Below are positions 1 through 13,620 of a DNA stretch of 64,000 bases, in pieces; positions within the stretch are counted from its first letter, which is position 1; each line of letters begins with the position of its first letter. The DNA comes from Macrostomum lignano (taxonomy: Eukaryota). Position numbers and translations under genes: made by a program. Location of the stretch: the NCBI GenBank assembly GCA_002269645.1, contig NIVC01000917.1:242578-306577 (forward strand), read 5' to 3'. Under the pieces are notes generated by a model that was given only the letters and a program-made list of their open reading frames with translations, was not told the DNA's origin and searched no databases.

Positions 1-3000
1 AATTGGTTATTAAGCCGTCAGAGCAGCTGTCACAGCGGCTACTGCAATATCCAATCGAGCGCGTTGATTTGTTTGTTGCCGGCAGTGGCGGGGATCGCCG
101 CGGAAATTGGCTGGATTTTCTCGCGCCGCTTCGAAAGAATTGAAATTCGGTTCTAAAGTCTTGCTCCGGCCTGCAAATTGCTTCTGGCTGGCAGGCTTCT
201 TCTTTTAGTTCAGTCACAAGCCCGTCACTCATGCGTGAGGGCGGGGACTCGAGGAGGGCCATGTGGCAGAGGGAATTCAAGCGCGGACGCCATGCCGCCC
301 GGATCGCTCCTAGCCCGCACCAAACGCCAAAGCGCCAAAACACCATGCAAAGGCAGCCACCCCGCCACTTCTTTACTGCATGCAGGCCTCGCAACATCGA
401 GTTATTACGTAATCGCTCGGGGCTATATTAGCTGTCGGACCCGTTGGGCTTGGCTACCGCCAGACCCCCTCCTCCGCACCATTGGCAAGGTGGCGTGCTG
501 TGCATGCGGTCTGCAGCTATTCTACCCAGCTGCATATCGGGTGCGGGCGTGTTTGAGCAGCGCCCCCCCCAGTTTTTTAAACGACAACTCAACCGAAACC
601 GTTAATTTTTGACAGCAAGCAACAACAACAGGGCCCGGCAGCTGCGGGCTGGATTGAGAGATGAGGCTTTGTAATCATTTGAGATCGTATTCTTTGCGTG
701 TGGGGGCAGTTGCGTCTGTTGAGGGGCTGCTGATTGCCAACGCTTCGCTCTTATGCAAGCCAAGTTATCCGTCATCACCCCGTCGGGTTCTCTTCATAGT
801 CCATGTGTGCATTCGCTATTTGCCCTCTTTGTCTACTTTCTCTCCTTCTCTTGGCTCTTGTATACAATTAATTGATCGCCAAACCTGAAGTGGGTCCAAT
901 TGATGCGGTGAGTACTGTGCGGTTTCTAGGTTGGCTATCATGGCCAGGAAGTCTGAGGAGGCGCTGTCTGGACTGTGCTTGGTAGACAGACACGCAGACA
1001 AGGTTAACAATGGACGTATGGAAGTCATACAAGCTATTGCTAGGTAACAATATGAATAAAAATTGTTTCAAATACACGCTAGCTATAAGACTGACAGCCT
1101 ATAATCAAATCAGGGGTCTACGAGATTAATCAGGCAGGCTCTTCAACGTTGTTTCCGTGAGGCTTCGCTGACAAAATTCTGTGCTCAAATCAGAAACGCG
1201 GGTAAGGGCTGGCAGTCTCCAGGACTCCGTTTCTATATGGATACCGCGACGGCTAATACCAGGACTCAGAAAGCCAGTAACCAGCTCAAGCGGGCAGCAT
1301 CTCCTATGCTTCATCTGGGGGAGAGCCATATATTATGAGTAATTTGATCAAGCCTAATGACACAGCTGCCTCGTACCTCTCAATCCTTCCGCGTCGTGGT
1401 CTCTCAAAGCGTTGGAGGGGCCTGAAAGCGGCATATAAACTAAACTATTCGTCAGGAATTATCGGGGGTAGAAACGAGAGAATGAGACGGCGCTGCAGGA
1501 GTGAAGAGGCTGTTTAGTGGGTTGAGGCTATTCAGCCGCCCAACGCAGGGGGGGGGTACTAGCTTAGAGATGGATGTTTTTGAGGGTTAGCTGGTCATCA
1601 AGGAGAGCATTTGTGCAGCTGACTGAGGGAAACGCTTAGAATTTGGCTGGCCGCTATATTGCTGCTGCTGCTGCTGGCGTTGCTACTGCTGCCGCTGCTA
1701 TTTCTGAGTCCCTTTCGCGAGGCTAATTGCGGATGTGAAGCGTGCAGGATGAGGGAGAAAAAGAGGGGTGTGGTGCTGGGTTTGCCTCTCGGCCGCACCA
1801 TACTGCATGGCAGTGAACGATTCAGCATACTGGATCGCTTTTTATTGATTGAACTGTCCTGCAGGCATGGTCCCAACTCTCTCTTCTGCCATCAGCTAGA
1901 ATTGCTGCTGCTGCTGCTGCCTGCATGCATGCTCATTAGAATCCCGCATTTCTGCAATTCGCTGGCTGACAAAAAACTAACAGTCAAGTTTGCACTCGAA
2001 GCTTCCAATCGAATAATAACAAAAACGGATAAATCCAAAGTGCGTGCAATTGAGAACCAGTGGGCTTAATCGATTATGATTATTGCTGTATCAAAGTTTC
2101 TGATTCCATCGCTCCAAGGTGACGCCTGTCATCCGTCATCCGGGGCGGATTTGTGAATTCAGAGAATTTTCGAGCTTTTGTGACCGTTTTCAATGAAATA
2201 TCTAACTCCCAGTTTGAAACCGCCAGGCTCACGCCATTCGTATAGTGAGTGAAGACTAAGCAATGATTGAGGGTAGCTCCAGGCCAGAAGCTGAGAGCGC
2301 GGTTAATATTATTATAGGATAGGAGCAGATTGAAAGACGGAAGCAGCTGCTGAAGGACTCAAGATGGCCGAGGTCTGGCAGGTGAGAGCTCGCTACGCAC
2401 GTAAACTCCTGGCTGAGTCTTTCAATGTTTAAATCCAAAAAACCTTGACGGTCTCTCCTCAGCTCTGAAATGAGTCCTTGGCTGTGTGACGTCGTCCATT
2501 TAAGCGGAAAGATTTGACTTCCTGCGGAGCACACGCTGTTCTGCTGCCGCTCAGTCCTTGCTGCTCAGCCGAAGCTGCAATGCTCATGCGCTCATACAGT
2601 CAAATATTGTGACGGGGGACGGGAAGGGTCTGGCTGGATGAGGTTGAATGAACAATCTCATTCTTCGTTTGAAATTTCAGAGATGGCGTGCATGATCGAT
2701 GAAAAGAAAGAAAAATGATTGAAGGCCGGCCATGGCCCACAGGACCTTTGGGTGTGCGACTCGCAGAACCCACTATATGAATTGGCTCAGCTACCAATCC
2801 AAATGCACCCAAGTGCTTCTAGCGCTTATCGCAACGATAGCACTTGTGATCACTGATCAGAAAAATGCAACTTAAGATGCTGGTGCTTAATTTTACCAGT
2901 CTTACAGATTTTACACGCGTGTACAATATACAAGTTTCAAGCAAAAAATAATAAATTTTACTTAGATTTGAAGCGTAATTCCATGTGATTTCCAATTCAA

Positions 3001-3194
3001 TATTATTTCTAAAATAATTTACATAGGGGCCGACACGAGACTTTGCATGCATGCATTAGAAAACTCTGAGGGCAGGCGCAACCCTGCATGTAATTTATTT
3101 ATAGGTGCGTACGTACAGTACCTTAATCTGTGAACATTCTGAGGTGCATGTCTTCGAAATACTTGTTTTTCTCCCTAAAGATGCAACTTCAGAC

Positions 3195-3405
3195 CAGTGG
3201 CAGATTTATGGGGGCGGCCGGCGGGGCGAACAGGGCGCGCACCCCCCGTCGAGTTAATTTTTTTTTCTTTTTATATGGAAAAAGTTTAGATTTTTATAGG
3301 TAGGGATACACTGATCGTGCACATATACGTGTGTACATCATATACATATTCGTGTACCTTAGTAATCTGCGCACCCTCGTTCCAAATTTTCTGGATCCGT
3401 ACCTG
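3195..3405. mobile_element. hAT-type MITE, 211 bp
   Basis: Perfect 8-bp TSD CTTCAGAC at 3187-3194 and 3406-3413; degenerate CAG-starting termini (CAGTGGCAGATT / GGATCCGTACCTG). Confidence 0.75.
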
Positions 3406-5935
3406 CTTCAGACTTCAGTATATGTGCAGTTGATTTTATTGAACCGGAATATGGATATTGGCACAAACTTCCTAAGAATATTTGTGCGAGACAGACCGCT
3501 GTTATCTTGCCGTAAAAATAAAATAACAAGTTTCTTCATTTTTACATAAAGTAATAAAAAACTATTTTTTTCAAATGTCTGAGAAATTTGTTTTATTTTG
3601 TTTATTTAACAAAATTCCCACTTATGGAAAATAGGGCGTCGAAGGAAGAACACGTCGCCACTACCACTACTTACTTTTTCTTCACTGGTAGGCCTACTTA
3701 CTTTAATATTTCTTACTAATATTCAATTTCGTATCTAAAAAGGATAATTGTAAGTCTTCTTTACAGTCACATTAAAAAAATATTGACTTTTTGTAACCTT
3801 CAAATGATTTTCATGAACCACGTTTTAACTTTAATATTTACCAAATACATGAGACTACTAGACTAGTCTAGTCAATAGTCAATACAAAAATAAGTCAGCT
3901 TCTTATAATGATAAGCCTAGTCAGTATCACTATTTGCATTGGTTTTAACTAGGCCCTAGTTTTTTGTGCCTTTAGGGTTATTACTAGAATATATGGATAA
4001 TAATCTAATTTTGCATGCTATACGTACCTACCCATAGCCATAGGCCTATGCTATAAATATGATATGACCAAGGTTTTTGTGCTATTAGAATATAGTTAGC
4101 ATCTTTAATTTCTAAATTGTATCTGAAATTAGACCTTGGATGCAATTTTGCATCATAGGCCTATCATTAGCAAAAAACATAAGATATGATGCAATATAAG
4201 CTATATATAGGCATGCATTTGCATATAACATAAGTTTAGATGGCCTATATAGCAAAATCTAAAAGTGGAGATATTTTGAAAACTTTTAATTCAGTTTTGT
4301 TCATAACAAAATAGATATACTATGTTATTATAAACATAAAATGTGCTTATCTTATTAAGGCCTAATTATTTGGTTTAGTAATGAAAAGGTATTAATATTT
4401 TTATAAAAAATCTTTACTTTTTTAAAATGGCCAAAATGTATTATAGAATCCATAGACTATATTATGCTAGGTACATGCCTAAATAAAAATTGAATAATTA
4501 CAAAGATGATTCAAGTTGAGGACTTTTAAGGTTAAAAATCCAGTTGCCAACTGGCCCTTAGGGCTCTATACTCCAGATCATATATAATATAGTATATGCC
4601 CAAAAATTTGGGCATGCATTGGCCTTGTATACCAAAAGTAGACATGCATAGTTGGTCTATATTACTCTTACGAAAATAGTATGAGTGCACATCTAGTATA
4701 CACTTTATAGAATCACATAAAAAAGTTATTGTAAAGTAGAAAAAAGTTCATTTTAAGAATAAATTTTAAGTTTTCTATGTTTTTAAGCTTGTAATAAAGT
4801 ATTAAAACAAATCTTTGCATGTATCAATTTTTAATATAAATAGTATTGCTAAAAATTGTATAAAAATTAACCTTATTATTTATCAAAAAGGTTCTATTAC
4901 ACAATTAAAAAAGGTTATTTATTGCCAATATAAACAAAGGTCATTTATTGTTGCAAAACCAATGTAGTTTTGAAGATAGGCATACATTCAATTTTTTGAG
5001 TGTGCATTTATAATTATTCAATTTTTGTTCAGGCATATACCTAGCATGATTTGGACTATGGTTGGGGTTCAAAATCTAGTAGCCAATGGCTATTTTTGGT
5101 TGCCTATTGGTAACTAGTCAAATTCTTGAGGATAGATACTTCTAAGGCTATATTTGAAAAGCAGAAATTTGTTCTCTCAACTCTAAGATTGCTATTTATG
5201 TTGCAAACAACAATAAGCTAATAATTCTATTATATCAATCCATATGGCACTTTTATTTAACTTAAAATTTTTTCACCTATTAGTCCCGCCTATACACTCA
5301 TAATTTCTCATATAATGCTTAGAGTTGTTTCAAAATTTCAATTTTGATTTTCCAAAATTTGGAATTTTGATTTCAAAAAAATTCAAAAGTCAAAATTTTG
5401 GAAGTGTGTAAAAGAGTAGCTAAAAGAAAAACTAATTTTTGCTATATATATATGTATTTTATGCATTTTGTTTTGCATAAGCAGTCAATCAAAAGTAAAA
5501 AAGTGAGTTTGAGTCATACTAAACATTGTTTTTCTGAATTTTGATTTCATTAAATTTTAATTACATTTTTGGAAAGTTAGCAAATTTTGATTGCAACAAA
5601 AAATGATTTCTAATAATCCTTAAGTGCAATAAAATAATTTGACTCTTTTTCTAAAGTGCACGTCCACAACTTTTCAACATTAATTCCAATAGGATGGAAC
5701 TATTTTAATGGAAAGGTTGTTATAGACATTTAAATTATATTTAAACAAAAATAATTTTTTATTCTAAATATAGTTCTCATTGTTAGAATACAAATAAAAT
5801 AAGATAGTCAGCAAAAATAATTTTTTTAAACAAAGATTTTTAAATCATTGGATTTTTAGAAGTAAATAATTTTTTAATCAGTTTTCTTTCAATTATGAAA
5901 GCCATTGAAATTATAAATGTTCATAATTATCAAAT

Positions 5936-6221
5936 AGCCCAACAAGTAAGCCGGCTTTGCAAATCTATTGTTTTTATATTTGCAAAGTGTGCACAAACTG
6001 GGCATACCAACCCTAGTTGCCATATTAGTTGCCGGCGCCCCGGACTCTGCCAGCGGTGCGGCTTTTGTTCGCGCCCAAGCTTTGAAGCGCGCCATCTGAC
6101 GCTGCTTTTGTGAACTGGCAGCGTACTCTGTTGTTGTTGTTGTTGTTGTTGTTGTTGCCATATTAAGAGGATTTTTTTATAGTTGCTTCAAAAATTAATC
6201 CTAGAGCTGGCAACAACACTA
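5936..6221 (+). ncRNA. Box H/ACA-like guide RNA, copy 1 (interrupted by a 126-bp insertion)
   Basis: Hairpin 1 GCCCA..TGGGC with upper stem GCTTTGCAAAT/ATTTGCAAAGT; H box ATACCA 6004-6009; hairpin 2 GTTGCCA/TGGCAAC with AGGATT/AATCCT; ACA at 6216-6218. Confidence 0.7.
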
Positions 6222-6380
6222 CTATTAATATAAAAAATAGAATCCATACAATTACTTTAACTATGTATAAAAATTACAACAGCATATTATATGAGCTCAG
6301 TATAAATGTATCAATATATATCATTTTATGTATATGTATCTTATCAGTATTAATTTTTAGGACTAATAAACTAACTAATT

Positions 6381-6521
6381 AGCCCAGGGAGTAAGCCGGC
6401 TTTGCAAATATTCTATTGTTTGCAAGGTGTGCACAAACTGGGCATACCAACCTAGTTGCCATATTAAGAGGATCTTTCATTTTTTAGTAATTGATTGATC
6501 CTAGAGCTGGTAACAACATTT
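6381..6521 (+). ncRNA. Box H/ACA-like guide RNA, copy 2 (about 141 nt)
   Basis: Hairpin-hinge-hairpin-tail layout; H box ATACCA 6444-6449; ACA 6516-6518 followed by TTT; both pockets about 14-15 nt from their boxes. Confidence 0.8.
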
Positions 6522-6750
6522 AAACAATTTTTTAGTACATCTTGTTATTCTTCTCAAATTGAAAGGGCATTTAAAACAATAAAGAAGATAAATTATTTAT
6601 AATCTAATTATAAAAAAGATTATTCTGGACCCTCACAACATTCGTTAGTTCTTTAGGGGAACAATTAGAATTTATTTTTAATGGCTTTTTTCAACTATGT
6701 TCTCTAATCTCTGCTCTAGCTCAGTATTTATGGCTAATAAACTAATGAAT

Positions 6751-6898
6751 AGCCCAATGAGTAAGCCGGCTTTGCAAATTTATTGTTTGAAATAATTGCA
6801 AGGTGTGCACAAATTGGGCATACCAGTCTTGGTTACTATATTAAGAGGATCTTTTCATATTTACTCATTGATTGATCCTAGAGCTAGTAACAACATTT
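6751..6898 (+). ncRNA. Box H/ACA-like guide RNA, copy 3 (about 148 nt)
   Basis: Same layout; H box 6820-6825; ACA 6893-6895; compensatory stems GCCCAAT/ATTGGGC and GTTACTA/TAGTAAC. Confidence 0.8.
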
Positions 6899-7421
6899 TT
6901 GTCAGACTTGGCTTTACCTTATTATTCTAATTAACTAAATGAAACATACATGCGCAACAGTCGGCCGAGTCGGCCGATCCGGCCGACCAATTTGGCAGCC
7001 AACCAAGGAAGTCGCAAAAAATGCCCACCCAAAAAAACCAAGTAGTAGTACTAAGTAGCTGACGAGGCATTTTAGCTTAAAAAGACAGTTATAGTTACTC
7101 CTGCCGTTTACCCAAAGTTGCGTTAATTTTGCTTTAGGGTTTTTTTACATGTAAGTCGCATTTTTGGCCAAAAACTACGTCGCATTTTTGTTAAAACTAA
7201 GTCGCACGGCTGACAGAATTTTGGAGGTTGCGCATGTATGAAATGAAATATTAATGAGCAAAGGTCAAAGACTTCTAGACTAAAGTGCTTGTATTACAAT
7301 GATGATAGAATATTGTGAGAAAGAACTCTTGACTATTGAGAGTTGGAAAACTCTCCAATTGTTGAAGTTTAAGATGCTCATAGAGTTTTATTTTTTGTGT
7401 TAAACTATTGAATTCCCCTAA

Positions 7422-9345
<1,924 letters not shown>

Positions 9346-10404
9346 TTTTTTCAGGGTAAAAATTAACGGAGCTTAACGTTGATTAACTGATTGACTCTTG
9401 GGCCTGGAGGACTTAGAAGATAAAGTTCGTCAGTTGGATGAGTTTGTCTATGGTACAAATCGCGGACAACTGTTGTAGAAGGGCGCTATGGTATGGTAGA
9501 TTTTCTTAGAAAGAAGCCGTAATGTTTACTGCCAAGCGTCCTTAAAAAGTAATAATTAGCAGCTGGGGTGACACACAGACAGGTTGAGAATTTAGATTTA
9601 ATGATGAATTGTGAAAGTTAAATGTTCTATTATAATCATTACTATTATTAGCTGTATGTGCGCTTCTCTCTAGGGCTATTCTCCATCGGCAATGCATCGT
9701 TGTGTGGTGTACTTGTGCTGGCTTGGTTAAAATTTTTATTGAGGAATCAAATTCAAAGTAAGGAAGTGATTGCCCTGAAGTGCAATGCCGGCTTGTGTTA
9801 TTTTTGTCTTTGTTAAATTATCCCGCTTGCTTCGTATATACTAATGCTTTTTTAATGTTTGCCGCACTACTTACAAGTAGGCTGTTGCGAATGCCCCCCT
9901 TATAGGCATAGCAATCTGTTGGGGTTTACAATTATATTCAATCTTGATGCAGCCTCCTCAACTGCCCTTACAACAATCGCTACCTGACTGCAAGGGGTTT
10001 TCAAATAATTGAATATAGTGTATTTTGGCACATTATAACCTCCCAATGCAGGCCTGCGCATGCACACATATTCCGGCTAACTGTTTGATTTTTACTCGAC
10101 TTAAATTCGATTCAATATATAATGAAATAAATAAACAATAACTTCAAACGCCTATTCAATCGGAGATTAGCGCGCAATTCTTTTCATTGCTAAACAACCG
10201 ACGATTTCGACGAATTCGAAGTTTGTTGTTCTTGCTATCGCTTGGAACTTCGCTTCACTGAAGAATCGAGCTTAAACAATGGTCTACCAAAATGGCTTGA
10301 TCAAAGTCGTTGCATCAAAGCTATCCTTAACCCCCCTACAGTGTTTTTAAAGAGTTTCATCTTCATCTATTGTCCCCAAAATCGACATTAACTGTTCACA
10401 GGAA

Positions 10405-11050
10405 TCACCCTTCAGTGTCTCTGGGAATCGCCCCTCACCAAACCCCTCTCCCCAAAAAATCGCCCTTCACTGCCCCCTTCAGGAATCGCCCTTCACTGCC
10501 CCCTCAGGAACCGCCCTTCACTGCCCCCTCAGAAATCGCCCTTCACTGCCCCCTCAGGAATCGCCCTTCACTGTCCCCCTCAGAAATCGCCCTTCACTGC
10601 CCCTCTGGAATCGCCCTTCACTGCCCCTCAGGAATCGCCCTTCACTGCCCCCACAGGAATCGCCCTTCACTGCCCCCCTCAGGAATCGCCCTTCACTGCC
10701 CCCACAGGAATCGCCCTTCACTGCCCCCACAGGAATCGCCCTTCACTGCCCCCCTCAGGAATCGCCCTTCACTGCCCCCCTCAGGAATCGCCCTTCACTG
10801 CCCTCACAGGAATCGCCCTTCACTGCCCCCCTCAGGAATCGCCCTTCACTGCCCCCACAGGAATCGCCCTTCTCTGCCCCCTCAGGAATCGCCCTTCACT
10901 GCCCCCCCTCAGGAATCGCCCTTCACTGCCCCCCTCCGGAATCGCCCTTCACTGCCCCCCTCCGGAATCGCCATTCACTGCCCCCCTCCGGAATCGCCCT
11001 TCACTGCCCCCTCCGGAATCGCCATTCACTGCCCCCCTCAGGAATCGCCT
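10405..11050. repeat. About 24-bp minisatellite GGAATCGCCCTTCACTGCCCCCTCA
   Basis: Tandem copies between the ARF and plastin 3' ends. Confidence 0.95.
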
Positions 11051-12101
11051 TCATGGTCCCATTAATATTCCTAGAAGTCAATACGCTTTCAGCCTCTAAG
11101 TGTCATTGGCGTGATGATCCTAGGAACCCAGCAAATCCCTGTTGTCTTCTAGAAGATACTTATAATTAACAGCAAAACTGGTTATAGATAGTGCCTTGTA
11201 TTGTTTTGTAAAAAGCATAGAATATAGTAGAATAATAAAGTTGTATGCAAAGGCCAAATGTGTTTGAACTACAACTAAGAGCACACGGTTGCTAATTCAT
11301 TAATCGAACTGGAAGCCAGGAAGAAATTCGGAAGCGAGCAACAGTTGCCAAGCAGGGAATGACATCGCGGAACTAGAGTAATAAAAATGGGCACAGGATA
11401 AGAGAACACGATGTGCCGAGATGTCTGTGACAGGTTACGAAGGTGATTAATTGAGGCGAGCGCACAATCGGATCAAAACGAATTAATTAACTGAATTTAG
11501 ACAGAAGCCGTCGCGTTGCCGAGTAAATATGAATTAATAGGTATAAACTACTGTTACTGTACCTCTGATTCAGGGCGAATTAATTTTCTATTGTACGCTA
11601 ATAAATATTAATGGTTTCAATAATTAGCAATTAACATTTGGCAATGTCGAGTACAATTAAACAAAGGAACACAATGGCTACAAAAAACAAATGGAATAAA
11701 ATTATTTAGCCGAATTCCCAATTGGAGCCAATTGTCTATAATTATATATACTGGAGGTAAACGGCGGGAGTAACTCATTTAAGTTATGAATGAGTTACCA
11801 AAGTTCCTCGTCAGCTAATTAGAATAGTCTATGGCTCCAATTTGGGGCTTGAACTATTCAAATAAAAAAATTCGCATTATTGGCATCAGTACAATTATAA
11901 TTTTATCGAATCTCAAGGGCAATAGAGATTTATCACAATTCGATAATTGAATCATTAATTAATATAATGTCACCGTACAAACAATAAAAATAGATACGCA
12001 AATATCGTTTCACATTTGTATTAGTTTTTTACAGAGACGAACACAATCTGGTTAAAGCGGAGTTAGTGTTGTGCATAGGTAGCAGGCGGTAAGCTAAGCA
12101 A

Positions 12102-13535
12102 TCAAGCGCTGGGCTTGTTGATCTGGAAGTCGAGGATCATGAGACAGGCGAACACGGTCATGATCATGTTCTTGTTCACCTGCACCACATGCTCTGGCAG
12201 AGCGTAGATCCGGCCGCCAATCATGCGACTCTTGCTGAGAATGAACCGGGCCCTGTCCAGCTGATCTTTCATGCCGGCTGCGATTGAGGTGTCCACTGTC
12301 TTTGGCTTGATGGCGTCAGCCAGCTCAAGGATCACCATGCCGTCAGCCAGGGACGGGTCCTGGCGGGGTGGGAGTTGTCCAGCGTTCAGTGCTTTGTTTA
12401 GTAGTCTCAGAATCTGGGGATCTGAGGGGCACTCGATCCCAATCAGCTATGGTCCTGGATGAATCTTAAATAATACTGAATTCTCCTAATCCTGTTGCTG
12501 ATAATGAATTCTCCTAATCCTGTTGCTGATAATGAACACCCCTAATCCTGTTACTCATAATGAACACTCCTAATCCTGTTGCTGATAATGAACACCCTCT
12601 AATCCTGTTGCTAATAATGAACACCCCTAATCCTGTTGCTGATAATGAACACCCCTAATCCTGTTACTCATAATGAACACCCCTAATCCTGTTGCTAATA
12701 ATGAACACCCCTAATCCTGTTGCTGATAATGAGCACTTCTAATCCTGTTGCTCATAATGAACACTTCTAAATTTTTATAAAACGCCCAAAAATAGTCCCA
12801 GTAAATTAACATTAGCCTACTAATAGTAGGGTGATAAGGCAAAATCTACAAAATAGACATCATTGGGACAGCAAATGGAAATGACGAAATTTTCAAGTTT
12901 CGATTTTGCCACAGAATTTTCTAAGCCTAAAATGGTAGGTTTTAATTACCAATGCCGCTAAGAAGCAGAAAACTGCTGTTCAAAGAAGCGATAGAATAAA
13001 ATTAGCATCTCCAAACATGGCAATCAAATTGCGCAGGGGTGAAATGTTTTTGAAGAGAGCAAACAATTTTCTAAATATGGAAACTTGGCGAGTTTTTAGC
13101 TGTTGCATTTTTTAACTGTCACCCCCCCCCCTCTCAGACTCACATTCCCCGTAAACAATGGCTAAAAATAGTGCGGCACAGGTCAAGACGGAGCCTTCAC
13201 TCAACAAGCAGACTAACAAAAAAAACTATTCTGACTGCAGAAGTTTCCAAGGGGCCGCCGCTGGAGGGAGGGGCGGTAGTAGAGGAGAGGGGTGGCTGCT
13301 GTACTCGCACAGAAGCAGCAAACTCAAGGATGCCGAACTTGCGTCTGCTAGGCGAAACTTTCAAGCATCAATAAGGAAGCACAAAAATAGTTCGTATATC
13401 ATTTCCTTGCAAGCTATCACTACTGCAGACCTAGGGGTTTAGATACAGACAGACAGAAAAAAGCGGGCAGCAGACAGATAAAGGCGAATACAGACAAGCA
13501 CAGCCATACGAAGGCAGACAGACAGACAGACATTA

Positions 13536-13620
<85 letters not shown>

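Noticed and set aside
2138-2228. Possible small hAT-like element (CCGGGGCGGATT..AAACCGCCAGG)
   Set aside because: Weak TIR and no TSD.
1-2800. Short ORFs and exon-like minus-strand pieces (886-978 HSPDSASSDFLAMIANLE..., about 1376-1422, about 2402-2488)
   Set aside because: I could not join them in a consistent phase and recognised no homology; a gene or lncRNA may exist but is unsupported.
6958-7212. Possible MITE with GTCGCA repeats
   Set aside because: Termini only loosely similar; no TSD.
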